NCBI GenBank assembly: GCA_013239625.1
Contig: MU054220.1
Span: forward strand, 3,969,374 to 4,029,373
DNA from: Lama guanicoe
Lineage: Eukaryota
Direction: 5' to 3'
DNA length: 60,000 nt
In this document: piece by piece, positions 46,199 through 58,440 of the stretch
Layout of the letters: each line of letters opens with the position of its first letter
How positions within the stretch are numbered: the first letter of the stretch is position 1
The notes under the pieces: generated by a model
Told to the model about the DNA's origin: nothing
Database searches by the model: none
The model's input: only the letters and a program-made list of their open reading frames with translations
Made by a program: the position numbers and the translations under genes

Positions 46199-48619
46199 AC
46201 AACCAAGTGGGGATTGGAGGCCAAGTGTGTGGGTTCTGTCCTCTGTGTTCTGCTCTTAGCTCCTAGCTGCTTCCAGACTCAAGAGTGGGAAATTCACTGG
46301 CATCAGCCAAAGCTTAGAGAAATAACTGGTTATCCTGGCATTACTGCTGAGTTGGCCCTGAATGCGTCAGGACAGAACCTGGGCCTCAGTTTACCCCTCT
46401 GCAGAATGGGGAAAAAGGGCTTGCTTAGTCCATCTCTCAGCAACCTGGAAGTCAAATGAAATTGTTCTTCTTTCCCTTTTGTTTCTCCTCTAAATATTTT
46501 GATTATTCTGATTTCTCAACTGCCTGGTTCAGCCTCTGGAGAGCAGGGGATGCCTGAAGGCAGAACCGCTGTCCCTGCTGGCCTGAAGACTTAAGGAGCA
46601 GGGTCTAAGAAGCCAGGCCTCGGGGCTCTACGGAAGCGTGGGGATTCTTTCCCAGGGCCCCGCCTGAGAAGGATTTATGGTTTGGCCTGCAATGTGGTGA
46701 ACTGCTAAATATGCAGATTATGGGTACAAATCCGGGGGTGGGGGGAAAGGCAGCTGGGCGGGGCGGTGGGGGCGGTGCGCTGGGGGTCTGGCTGCCGGAC
46801 CATGTGTGCGGGTGGGACCCAGCTGCTCCAGATGGCTGCAAATGTGTCTGTGGCGAGCGGTGGGGTGGGGGCTGCAGCACAGTGGCCTCACACCACCTCC
46901 TCACCCTCCATGGGCCTCCAGGCCAGGCCAGCTGAGCTGTCCCCCCACCAGGATCCTAGAGTGGCTAGGGCAGTGGGAGAGGTGGGGCAGGATGGAGAAG
47001 AGGGGCACTTTCATTGCTCAGATGTGGAAATCAAGGCACAGACATGTGGGGTTATGTCCCCCAGGCCACACAGCCACCTTGTGACCACGTCCGAAACCAA
47101 AATCTGATCTCTTGACTCTGGGTCAGCACTGGGCATGGCTGGGCATGAAAAGGGATGGAGGACTCAGCCTGTGGTAGCTCAGGTCATATTCCAGACAACG
47201 CAATGTACAAGGGGTGGTCATGGCTGTCACATACGTGAGGAACAGGAGACACCCTGCCGGAGGGTGCTGGCTGCATGCAGGAATCCGGATTTGCCTCAGG
47301 GCTGGTGGGCACCATGAGACTCACATTACCTCCTCAACAGAGCTGGGGAGGGAGGCCTTGGAGAGGAAGGGGTCTCTGCAATTAACACAGGATGGCGTCC
47401 TCAGATTAGCTGGCATGGAAAGCGAAGCTGGGTTGCCAGAGGGGAGGGGAATCAGGATGTAGCCTTATTTTAGATGAAAGATTAGGATTTTGAAGCAGGA
47501 AATGATCCTACTGTCCCAAAGAGGGGTGTGTAGGGAAAGGCGTCCCTCGCATTTTTTCCTGTAGAGAAAACAAGGCTCAGAGAGGGCCAGTCATTCATTC
47601 AAGGGACACAGAGTTTGGATAGACCCATAGCAAACAGTCTTGATCTCTTGAGTTCCTTCCCAGAGTGCCTGGAGTGAAAGAAGTCAATGTTGAGTGCTGA
47701 CACCAGGACCTTCCCTTGTCCTTGGCTGAGATGCGGCTCTGGCCCACGTGTCCCTTCCCTGCCCCCAGTCCCGGGCCACTCAGCCTGGCCCACAGCTGGC
47801 CCTGAGCATTACGCAGATCAGGGGTGTCTGGGGCTCACACCTCACCCAACCAGTCCCCTCCTCCCCAGCAGGAGTCCCAAACCATGGTAGCTCCGTCCAG
47901 TGCAGAGGAGATGGGCCAGTGAAGCTGGCTATCCCTGGCTTCCTGTTTCTGGGTCCTGGGCCCCCACACACTTGGTGGCAGGGAAGCAGGACGGCAGAGA
48001 CTCAAAGAGGCAGGCATAGGATTGTAAAGGCAAATCCATCAGCAAGAAATGAGAAACAGAGTCGGAAGCACTGGGGTCCTGGGAGACAGAGCCCGCTCAG
48101 GTGTCTGAGTCACCAAGATGTTTGTTCCCAGGACAGTTGGGTTTGTTCTCAGGGAAAAGTGGCTCTGCCCAGAACACGAAAGCAGATGCTCCCAGCATGT
48201 ACAGCAAGGGCTGCCAGAGGGAGGGCGACTGCTGGGGGACCTCCAAACCCCCTCCCCCTCCCTCCTTCACAGCAGGACTTCCTCTGCTCCACCTACTCAT
48301 GGATCCTTATTCCACCTTTCAAGGTGTGATGACTTTGGGGAAGGTATTCTCAAGGGTGGAGCAAACTAAGCCTGAACTGGGAGTCTGATGGACCCAGGTA
48401 TGGAACGGAGTCTCTTTTGTTGGCTGTGTGACCGTGGGCAAGAAACTTAACCTCTCTGTGTCTGTAGAATCAGGATTGCTGTATGCCTGGCACCAAGCAG
48501 GTGTTCATTAAAACAGCCACCCCCTTTCTTTATTTCCCCTTGAGAGGAAACTTCTGCTGCCCAGCACCTCCTATTGCCAATATCCCCTAGGTGCCTTCTC
48601 CCGCAACTTGCTTCTTCCT

Positions 48620-48810
48620 CAGTGATAATAAGACTATAGGGAAGTGAATGAGTTGCAACTGTAAATTCTAGGCCCTGTGCTGGGTGTTTCCATCACTGCT
48701 GAGGAAACTGAAGCACAGAGAGGTGAAGTCACTTGCTCAAGGTCACACAGCAACTAGGAGATCAAGGAGACATGAGTCCAGATCAGTGGGAGCCCAAAGC
48801 CTTACCTTTC
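48620..48810 (-). mobile_element. MIR SINE
   Basis: 'gaggaaactgaagcacagagaggtgaagtcacttgctcaaggtcacacagc'. Confidence 0.85.
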
Positions 48811-50810
48811 CAGTCTACCTTGCCATCTGTCTCTTCTAATGAATCATAGACAACTTCAGACTCAAAAGGTTGGGTAGGGCTTTGGGGTCATGGAGAAGGC
48901 ACAGCCCGGTGGAGTCTGGAGAAGAGAAGGGGACCAAGGGCGGAGTTTTTCTCCCCACAGTTTTGCAGAGGGGTTGGCTTGCCTGATGTTGCTGGGTGAC
49001 TGACAGGACTGGAGGCCCAGGAGAGGGTCAGGCTAGGGCTGCTGCAGGCTGAAAAGACCAGACAAGGGCCAGAGATGGGCCCACAGCTTAGGCACCAGCT
49101 GGCCTTGCTCCTGGGAGGGCAGAGATTTCTCCTTTGCCTTCAGAAACGGGACGCTGAATGCTCAACAGACTCCTGAGGTATCCGAAGACTCTTCAAGTGA
49201 AGCTCCGAGCTTCAGAATGTTTGCCCCCCCACGCCCACTAGCCGCAAAAGGACACCTTTCATCCTCAGAAAGGAGCATCTTTTCCCCCCGTGTCATTTTG
49301 GTGAATTCAGCAGAGCCTTTTACTTCTAATTCAGAAAGTGTCCTGATAATAAAGACATCATCGATAGGTTAACTCACTTCTTCAAAATCTCAAGCACTTT
49401 CTGGAGAGAGGTTTTCCAAATGGAAAACAACACTGCAATAAAGGGAACAGTGTGGTCCCACTGTCACCATGTTCATGGTTGGGCTTTGAGCGGGGAGGGA
49501 GCGGGAGGGGAGCAAACAAGTAGAAACCTAATAAACCCATCAGGAAACACAAACTCCCACCATCAGTTCAAGGCGTTTGTTCCAGAATCGGCCTCCGTGA
49601 CTGGGCATTGCTTCCCTTCCATCTGCTGTTGCAAAGACATTACAAGAAGCAATGGCTCCGTGTTAAGAGGCCCAGGCTGTGCTATTAATGCTATTGACAA
49701 ACTCGCAGGAAGACATTCGGGCTCACTGTCTAGCTTACAACAGTCACTGGTATCTGAAAAGACTGGTCTTTTATTGCAAGCAGAGGCCTGTGATAGGATT
49801 TATTTTCAAGGGCTCGTTCAATTCAGTCCTCACAACACGCTCTGCAGTGGGAGGAAGGTCTCTCCCCATTTTACAGGTGAGGAAAGCTGAGGCTTGTTCA
49901 GTGTCACACAGCTGGAAGGTGTCCAAGAGTCAGGATGGTGTCCATGTGCTCTGACCCAAGTGCCCTTGCTCAGATGGGAATTCGCTGATTCATTCATTTA
50001 GCATATACTTGTGCAGACTCTTCCAGAAGCCAAGGCTTGTAGTTGTGCCAGGATAGTGTAATAAACAAAAACAGCAAGCCCCCAACCTCGTTGATTTTTA
50101 GGGTCAGGCCACCTTCCCCTGCCACCCCCAGGGCCCTTCCTCACTGAAGAAGGGATAGCTTTGGCCCCTGATGTGCCTCAGATTTTCTCTCCGCCCACAG
50201 CAACAGCCCCTAGACAGCATGAGACCGAGGCTGGTAACCCCCGCTCCCTCATAGCCCACCCCGGCCTCTGCTCCAGACCCTTATGGTTTCAGATCTGCCT
50301 GGGACAGGCCAGGGGAAAGGGAGCCCCCAGGGAGCCTGGAGCAACAGCCAGAAGGGGGCGGGAAGGGAAGCAGGGCAAGCAGAGGTGTGTTTTGAAATCT
50401 GCTTCCTTTTGGCCACGCTTGAACTTCCAAGCAGCCGGGTTTGACTGACAGGCGCGGAAAGGGAGCGCCGGCTCCCCGTGGAGCCCCGGGCAGAGACGGA
50501 GGGGCTCCGCGGGGGCTGGGGCTCCAGGGCCATCATCCTCTGCCCTTCCTCCCTTGCTCTCAGCCAGGGAGAGCCTGGGGGCCTGGTCCCAGCTGGTTGG
50601 ACCCAAGAAGGCCAGGGCAGGGGTGGAGATCTTGGAGTGCAAGACAGGAAAATCACAGAATCCAGCCAAGTCTGAGCCCTTTCATGCATGTCTGCCAACA
50701 GTATCCCAGTCAACAAGGGCAGGCAGCATTTACTGAGTGCCTACTGTTTATTCTTTATACAAATGCTTATTAAATGAGTTCATCTTTGCAAAGATCTTAG
50801 AACAGGGCTC

Positions 50811-50936
50811 AGTGCATATACACGCAATGAGTATATATATGCACATATATGCATATGCATACATAATATGCATATGCATATACTGTGTATTTGCATATGT
50901 AATATACAGTATGCATATATAATAATATATGTGCAT
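50811..50936. repeat. (TA/TG/CA) low-complexity quasi-palindrome
   Basis: atgcacatatat (50839-50850) is the reverse complement of atatatgtgcat (50925-50936). Confidence 0.8.
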
Positions 50937-50964
50937 TTCTGAATGAATGAAGAAGCTGAGGTCT

Positions 50965-51470
50965 GGCTCTGCCATTTGTTCAACTCAGATCTGTCCCCTG
51001 GTCTTTCTTTATTCTTCTCTGTCTCAGGACTGACCCCTGCCAAATGACACCTCCCAGGTTCTCTTGCCAACCAACCTCCTGTTATACTTAGCCAATGGGA
51101 AGAGCCAGTTAGAGATTGGAGGGCTGGAGCCAGGATACTTCTCCCGCTCTGACCCTACTCTTCTGCTTTGGTGTCATCTTGAGCAGTGTCTGGGTCACCC
51201 CTGTGGTTCCAGGTCCTGGGGACAGGCCTTCCTTCTGAGTGCCAGCTCCTATGGGCAGCTCCTGCCTGACTGTGGTTCCAGTGTCCCTCACTGATCCTGG
51301 CTCCCAGACTCTGGTGTCATCACTTGCTTCTTGGTTCTTTTAGTTTCAGAATTGCCTCATCATCCCATAAAGCCTTTCAGCTTTCCTACCCTCTTCAGAG
51401 TAAGCGCCCTATATTAAATTCCTTCTGTTGAAATAACTACCTGAGTTCTGGCTTCCTGATTGGATTTAAT
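50965..51470 (+). mobile_element. ERVL solo LTR (LTR40/LTR41-like)
   Basis: 'agccaatgggaagagccagttagagattggaggg'; 3' end 'attaaattccttctgttgaaataactacctgagttctggcttcctgattgga'. Confidence 0.65.
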
Positions 51471-51929
51471 AGAAGCCCCTACTATGTGTCTGCCTTTAAG
51501 AAGTTTATAATCTAGTGGGGAAGAAGAGCATCCAATCATCACATAAATACATATTTAATTACAGAAAGCAATCAGTCTGTAAGGAAAGATCCTACCAAGG
51601 GGCCCCCAATCTCCCTGGGGCCAGGCTTCCCCGAGGAAGGGATGTGTTTTCCAGCCACTGTATTAGATGCTTTCCATACAGCAATACACAATTCCTTGTG
51701 GCAATACTACAAGCTAAGGGTTATTATCGCCCCCATTTTGTGGATGAAAAGATAAAGGCCCAGGAAGATACAAATTCCTACCATAAGCCACATGGTCTTG
51801 GAGGGGCCTGGGCTGTGATGGGAGCTGGGGCTGCCTAACCTTTGCCTGGCTCCTTGCCACCAACTGTCTGGAACTGACACCTCACAGAGGAAGGAACAGG
51901 TCTAGAGAAGGACAGTAACTTCCTCAGGG

Positions 51930-52204
51930 TCCGCAAACCGGGAGAAACTGGGTCACCTCGTCTGGGTACAGATCCCAGGGCTACCTCTGCCCTGTGAACT
52001 TCTCCACGTCACTGCTTGGCTGCAGACTCAGCGCCTCCTCCCTTCACCCCCCCCCCCCAGTTTCCCTCGCCTCCGAGACCACAGTTCTGGGCCCAGCGCC
52101 AAAGCCTGCCCCCTCAGCGACCCCTTTCCCACTGTCCTGGGTTTCTGAAACTCGCTCTCTGTCTCGGGGGTGGGGGATAAAAGCTTTTGCAGCTCTCCTG
52201 AGGC

Positions 52205-52236
<32 letters not shown>

Positions 52237-52800
52237 CGCGCGCGTTTACCTGGGGCACGTCTCCCCCTTGGTAGGAGGTGGGGGGCCCTTCCAACCAACC
52301 CCCCTAAAAGTATTTACCACAGGTGTGAACTGACCTCCAGCTGCAGGCAGATAGATGGGTGGGGGTTTGGGAGCTGGGGGATTCGAGGTGCTGGGGGTCC
52401 TGGGGTCTGTTCCGGGTAGACCGGCCCCTACAGCAGGCACTAGGGGCGCGGGGAAGGGCCAGTGGCTTCCTGGCTGGGAGCTGGTCAGGAGAGAGTCGGC
52501 CCAGCGAGAGCGAGAGAGGCAAGACTCCAGGACATCTGGGCTGGGGGAAGGTGCAAACTATTCCTGCAGGAGGTGAAGGTCTGGCTCTGCACGGCCCTGA
52601 GGTCTCTGACGGGAAGTTCCCGCCGCAGGGAATAGCAAGCTTGGCTGGGAATGGGCTGGGGGAGGGAGCCTGACGCAGAGAGAAGCTGGCCGACGCCTCC
52701 TGGAACAGATGGGGACACTGAGGCGGAGAGGCGGATGACTTGTTCGAGGGAGAGGCTGAAAATGAACTGACTTTCTGTTCTGTCGACTTTCCACCCCATC
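51930..52800. promoter_or_regulatory. Weak CpG-rich promoter/enhancer-like patch
   Basis: Elevated CpG; CCACGTCA at 52004-52011; (TG)n(CG)8 tract; little repeat content. Confidence 0.45.
52206..52245. repeat. (TG)n(CG)8 alternating purine-pyrimidine tract
   Basis: 40 bp of uninterrupted alternation; 8 tandem CpG at 52229-52244. Confidence 0.95.
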
Positions 52801-52889
52801 ATTCCCATAACCATGCCAACCAGGAACCGCTTCTTTAAAATCCCAGCCCCCTTAGGCTAATTTGCTGTAGGAGATGGGGAGCAGCACTG

Positions 52890-53120
52890 GACTATGATAA
52901 CCATTGTTTACTGAACTCTCACAGTGGGTGAGACTTTCATTTAAATAAACTCACAGCTGTCATTCCATGTGCCTTCATGATCACCCGACGAGGTAGATGC
53001 TATACTCATCCCTATTTTACAGATGAGGAAACTGAGGATAAGGGAGGTTAATGCTTGCCCAAGATCATTCATAAAGGAGGTGGAGGTCCAGGATTGAACC
53101 CAAGGATCTAGAGCCCCTTG
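52890..53120 (-). mobile_element. MIR SINE
   Basis: 'ctattttacagatgaggaaactgagg...cttgcccaagatca...ggattgaacccaagg'. Confidence 0.85.
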
Positions 53121-53269
53121 TGATGCCACCAAAGGCTCGCTGGAAGATGATCCCTCCCCTGTGGGCCCCCACAGCAGCTGCCCATGACTGTCCTCTTGGG
53201 CACATTGGCAGGAGCCTTATCTGTTCTCTTCGGCATCCTGGGCTCTGCACACGTTGCCATTCCTCTGCC

Positions 53270-53560
53270 TTCATTCACTCATCTGTCCATTCATCTGTAT
53301 TTATTGAGCATCTACTACATGCCAGGTGCTGGAGATTGAGCACAGAATTGTCACTGTCTCCACTCTCGTGGTAGTTACATTCTAGTGGGAAAGACAGTAA
53401 ATGAACAAAGAATACATAACATAACACCAAACACTCATACTACTGTCAAATAATCAAGAAGGGGATGGAGATTACAGGGGGATGTTTTAGACATGGAGGT
53501 CAGGGATGGTCTCTCTGAGGAAATAATATTTAAGCAGAACTGTGAAAGAAGTGATTTATC
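53270..53560 (-). mobile_element. L2 3' end
   Basis: 'tatttattgagcatctactacatgccaggtgctgg'. Confidence 0.8.
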
Positions 53561-53574
53561 ACAACGTGAATGAA

Positions 53575-53770
53575 TTATTCTCGGAAGATCTGTCTAATGT
53601 CTGTCTTTTCCATGGGACTGTCGCTCCATGAAAACAAAACATCTGCCCATGTTGTGCATGATGGTATCTCTGTTTAGAACAATGCCTCACACATAGTAGG
53701 TGCTCAACAAACAGTGCCTTGCACACAGTAGGTGAATAAGTGAATGGATGGATGAATGAATGAATGAATG
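53575..53770 (+). mobile_element. L2 3' end with (GAAT)n tail
   Basis: 'agaacaatgcctcacacatagtaggtgctcaacaaa...gaatgaatgaatg'. Confidence 0.8.
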
Positions 53771-54489
53771 ACAGAGGCAGAAACTCATTGCAGGCTCAAG
53801 TTATAACTGTCCTCCTGCCCCAAAGAAGTGGCAGACTTGTCAATTTCCTCCTCAAATCCTCCCTTTCCTCCCAAAAAGCGAACAGGGAGTTTGACTGATC
53901 CTTTGGGACAGGTGTTGAGAATCCCAACTTGTTAAACATCTGGTCCCAAAATGGACGATGAAGCCAGGCTGCAGGGATGAGGAGGGGGAAGCGGGGAAGT
54001 GGGAGACGGGACCAGCCTCTGGTGCTCCTGCTTCTCCCCAGACAGCCCTGGTGGGCCATCAGCCACACCCCTGTTGGAAGCGGAGCCCCCGCCACGGAGG
54101 CCGAGGTGGTGGGAGAAGGCTGCTTCCTCGCAGCTGTGCCGACTCTGGAGCTGCAGGCCTGGACAGGAAGGGGGCTGCGGCGGGTACCTTCACCTCCTGC
54201 ACGGAGGGCTGTAGGTGGGCAGGAGGGCAGGGCCACTTGGGGATGTCCTGACACAGGACAGTCCAGGCTGGCTGGCAGCCAAGGGCTTTGTTCTACAAAG
54301 ATCCCTCCTGGGGTCGGGAGTAATTAGGGAGGCCTGGGCTTTGGGGAGGCTCCTCTTTCTCCCAGTGGAAGGACCGAGTCCACCTGCAGAGTGTCGGCCC
54401 TCCTAAGCTGAGGTTGGCCTGGGAGGGAGGAGGTGTGGGAATAGCTGAGGGGCTGTGGGGAGAGGGCGAGACGTCCACATCGACAGCTC

Positions 54490-54660
54490 TGGCCGAGCCA
54501 CTCGCTGGCTGTGACCCTGACCGGTCTGTCCCCTCCCTGGACCTCAGTTTTTTCACTCTGTAAAATAGGATGATTATAATACTACTGACCTCTCAGGATC
54601 GCTATGGATATCAAATAGGAGAACGTATGTGAAGCCACATTATTAGGCAAATGCAAAGGG
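54490..54660 (+). mobile_element. MIR SINE
   Basis: 'ggacctcagttttttcactctgtaaaataggatgattataat'. Confidence 0.75.
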
Positions 54661-54749
54661 TAAGCATAGGGTGATGGACTCAGAGGAAAGAGAAAACTTG
54701 TTCTATGTTTGCTGATTTCTCCCCTGAGGCTGGCACTTAACTGAGTAAT

Positions 54750-54920
54750 CCAGTGCTTGTGTTTTGGAATCAGACAGATTCGGTTTGCTTTCTGGCTAAT
54801 ATTTCTCTGAGCCTCAGTTTCCATGCCTGTAAAAGAGATGGACATAGTAAATAGTAAAATAGAAAAACACTTAGCACAGCTTCCAGCATGTAGGAAGAGT
54901 TCAGAAAGAGGTCGTTTGTA
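54750..54920 (+). mobile_element. MIR SINE
   Basis: 'ctctgagcctcagtttccatgcctgtaaaa...cacttagcacag'. Confidence 0.75.
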
Positions 54921-57834
54921 TGCCAGGGGTGTCAAGATGAAGAAAGATGGGCTAGTTGCTCTCAAGCTCATGGTCATCTGGAGGCAAATACCAAAGGCCT
55001 GAGGAAGAGGTTGGTAAGGACTAGGAGGGGGCTGGACACTGAGGAGAAAGCCCTACGCTGCCTGAAGCAGAGGGGCCAAAGGAAGCTCCCCCACAGCAGA
55101 TGGCACGGGCGCCGAGGCTGCAGGGACAAGTGGGACTTCTCCAGGATACCCAGTACTCCAGGCAGGGGGACCCGGGCAAAGAGACAGGAAAAGCGCGGAG
55201 GTGTCAGTTGGCCGAGGGCAAGTCACCCAGAGGCCCCTAGGCCTCTCTCCCCAGAAGTCCCCCGAGGCAGCCAACAGAAGAGGCCAGGCCTCACGCCCTT
55301 CTGTGAGTGACCCCGAGTCACCACTGCCCCGCGGGGCTGGCCTGTTTTCCCCTGGATTGTGCAGGGCGGAAATCCAGCAGGGGCAGCCAGGCTGACATCA
55401 AACCCTCCCACCGCAGGCCTGGCCTCAGCCCCTCTCCAGGCCTTAACGAAGCCATAAATCCCCGGGCAGGGCGGCAGGAGGGGCAGGCCCCCGCACATGT
55501 CCCGGCGGCTGGACAGAGGCCGGCATCTCTGGCTGGCGGTGACTGAACGCCCCGACACCCCATCACTCATCCCCCACGCCCAGCCACCCCCACCACGGCA
55601 GCAGCCCATCCGTCTCGGCCGGACGCTTTCAAGTCCAGCCCCAGGCCTCTCTGCTTAGTGTTAAGATGAGCCCAGGCTCACGCGGACTGTTCTTATTTAT
55701 CTTCAGGCTCGTCCCCCGACGGCCATCACTCTGCAGGGCGGCCCCAGTTCTCAGGACAGGCCCCCAGGATGCAACCCTCCTCCAGCTTCCTCTCCAGCCC
55801 CCACCGGGCAATGCACGGAGAAGGCCTGCAGCCCGAGGGCCATTCGTCTTAGTCACAGGCCGTGCTGGCTGGGCATTTGGGCCCCTGCTATCTCTTGGCA
55901 GCCTAACAACAGCCCTCTGAAGCCCTGGTGTGTGTGCTCTTTACCGGGGTAAACTGAGACACGGAGTAGGGGGCTGCTCAGCTCAGGTACCCTGGGTGAC
56001 CTTTGGCCAAATCATGCAAGGCCTTGCGGGGACTTTGCGTTGCTGCCCTGCAGGTTTGGGCAAATCAGTCCATGTCCAGTGTCCTCTGCTAAACTGGGAA
56101 GGCCTCTCCAGGCAAGGCCCACGCTGCCTTGGCACCCTCCCCCCCATCACAAGATTCCAGACTCAGGTTCGGGAAGGAAACTTAGTGTTGGGGTTTAGAG
56201 GGGTCTCTCTGGAATCAGGGCCTGAGCCCTAACTCTCCGCAGCCTAGCTCGTGACCTTAGGAGCTAGTGACATCACCAAGTCTTGGTTCTTTCCGTGCAG
56301 AATGAGGACAAGTAATAGACCTGTGCTGCAACGCATGGAAACTTCCTGGAACCACACAGGGCACAGAAGATGAGCTCAGTGAAGGCCCGTGACTGCGTTT
56401 ATTATCACTACCACCCTCCCAGGGGCTCTTAACCTGGGCCCGCGGAGAAGTGATAGCATGGGTATTATTCCTTCATCTTGAAATTTCCGAGGCCCTTAGC
56501 CTGTACTCGGGGAGTCCTGGCTGGACAGTGTCCTGTTTTGGAGGTGACTGGAATTCTGACAACCCAGTGTGGACACGGCCATCATCTCAGAGGATGGCCA
56601 CCGGCATGTTAGATGTGAGGGAGGGGAAATAAATGATTACTTTCAAACAAAGTTTGTTCAAGAGATAATATCTTTCAAAACACAGGATAATAAAAGCCTT
56701 CTTCCTTGCAAAAAAAAGGCTGAGAAACTAATTGGGTCCAGCCCAGAGCGCCCCCACTCCCCGTCCCCGCCCCCGCTCCGGGCTTGCTGCTGCCTGGGTT
56801 ACCCGTCCTGTCGGCCCTCTGAGGGTGGTCCCATTCCACAGGTGAGGGTGCTGCTTGTTATGCAGATGACCTGACTTACTCACGGCCCCACTGCACAGGC
56901 CAGGCCCGACCTCCGAGCCGCAGAGGTAGAGCCGCAGAGGTAGAGGCGTTAGGGAGGAAGGCCTCACAAAGACTGTGGAGTCTGGCAGATCTGGACCCCT
57001 GCCTGGCTCTGCCACCTGCTGCAGGGAGATTTTTCAGACAACCTCATCTCCGCATCTGGAAAGAGGGTGTGAAGCCGCTTGAGGGAGTTGAAGACTAATT
57101 ATTTAGGTGACCTGGCTCGTGGTCATTTTCAGAGATGGGGCCTCACACTTCCTGACACCCAAGGGTCTGGTGGCCAAGATCCCCAGTTCCCACACCCTCC
57201 ATCATAGGCCACCGAGGCCCATTCCCGGGGTCCAAAAGCCACAGCCTGGCTGCCAGGGTGAGGTGGAGCTTCCAAAAACAGGGACTCTTGTCTTCTGCTG
57301 CTGCCCAGACATGGACACCTCTTTGGTCACAGAAAATGGGCCAGTGGGTTGTGTCTCTGAGTCGGGTTAGAATGACTAGAATCCCCCTTGACCTTGGGAG
57401 GAGGAGGAGGCAAGACGGAGGAGAACAGATACCCAGGCCTCCATTTCCACACCTGCGAAATGAGTGAGAAGGAAGGACATTAGATGATCTCTTAGGACCT
57501 TCCCAACTGAGAGATGGGTGTGGCCCTTCCCAAGGCTGGGGCAGGAGGCAGGCGTCTCTGTGCCCCTTCCCAACTGGAGATTTGCAGCCTCCATGAAGTC
57601 AGAGCTGGGAGGGACTTGAGTGACAACCTTCTTTGCCAAATGAGACACAGAGAAGGAAAGGAACTCACCTAAGGCCACACAGGATGTGCATGGCAAAGCC
57701 CAAGGAGCAACCTAGGTGTTCTGATCCCAGCCCAGGCCTCACCTGCTACACCATGCTGTGTGCGGTACAAGAAGCATGGTTGATGAATAAATGAATGAAT
57801 GAATGAATGAATGTAAGTTCAGTGAGAAGCTCCA

Positions 57835-57935
57835 AACTCCTCCCTCCCTCCCCCTTCCTCCCTTCCCCTTTTCTTCCTTCATTCTTGCCTTTCTTTTCTC
57901 CTTCATCTCCCTCCTCTGTCCTTCTTCCCTCCTTC
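57835..57935. repeat. Polypyrimidine/polypurine tract
   Basis: ~100 bp almost entirely C/T on the plus strand. Confidence 0.85.
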
Positions 57936-58254
57936 ACCTGCTAAACGTCTGCTTGGGGCCAGCCTTGTCCCAGAAACTGGGGCCTTCAAGCTAAGCTGAC
58001 CACATCCCTGTCCTCGGATGGCTCTCAGACAACCGGGCAAGAAAGATCCTCCTGGGAGCCCCCAGACCCTGACTGGCCCGCAGGAGTCCCTCTCTGCCCA
58101 CACGCTACGCCCAGGATGTGAGGCATGAAAAAGCTCGGGGCAGAGCCGTCGCAGTCGAGGCCCGCTCCCTGGCTAGCCGTCCCGGCCGCCTCTGGGGGCT
58201 AGCTGGGTTTCTTTTCCTCCTCCTCCTCTCTTCTTTCTTTTAAAATTTTTTTTA

Positions 58255-58440
58255 AGAAACATCTATCACTCGCCATAACTCATGTGCTTATTATAATCAT
58301 GACCATATGCTTAATGGGATGTAATAAAACCACCGCTAACCTGGCCCTGCTCGCCAATCTCTCCCCCTCGCCCCCGCCCTGCGGCCAGCCCGCCTGCCTC
58401 TGAGCTACTTCAATAGTTTTTCATGGCGAGGCTGACCTGA
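58255..58440. promoter_or_regulatory. Candidate conserved developmental enhancer
   Basis: Repeat-free; clustered TAAT, GTAATAAAA and GCCATAA homeodomain-type sites with retained CpG. Confidence 0.45.

Noticed and set aside
53270..53770. Inverted L2 pair as an L2-derived miRNA hairpin (mir-28/151 type)
   Set aside because: The complementary ends are ~400 bp apart and only ~75% complementary, too far apart for a pre-miRNA stem-loop
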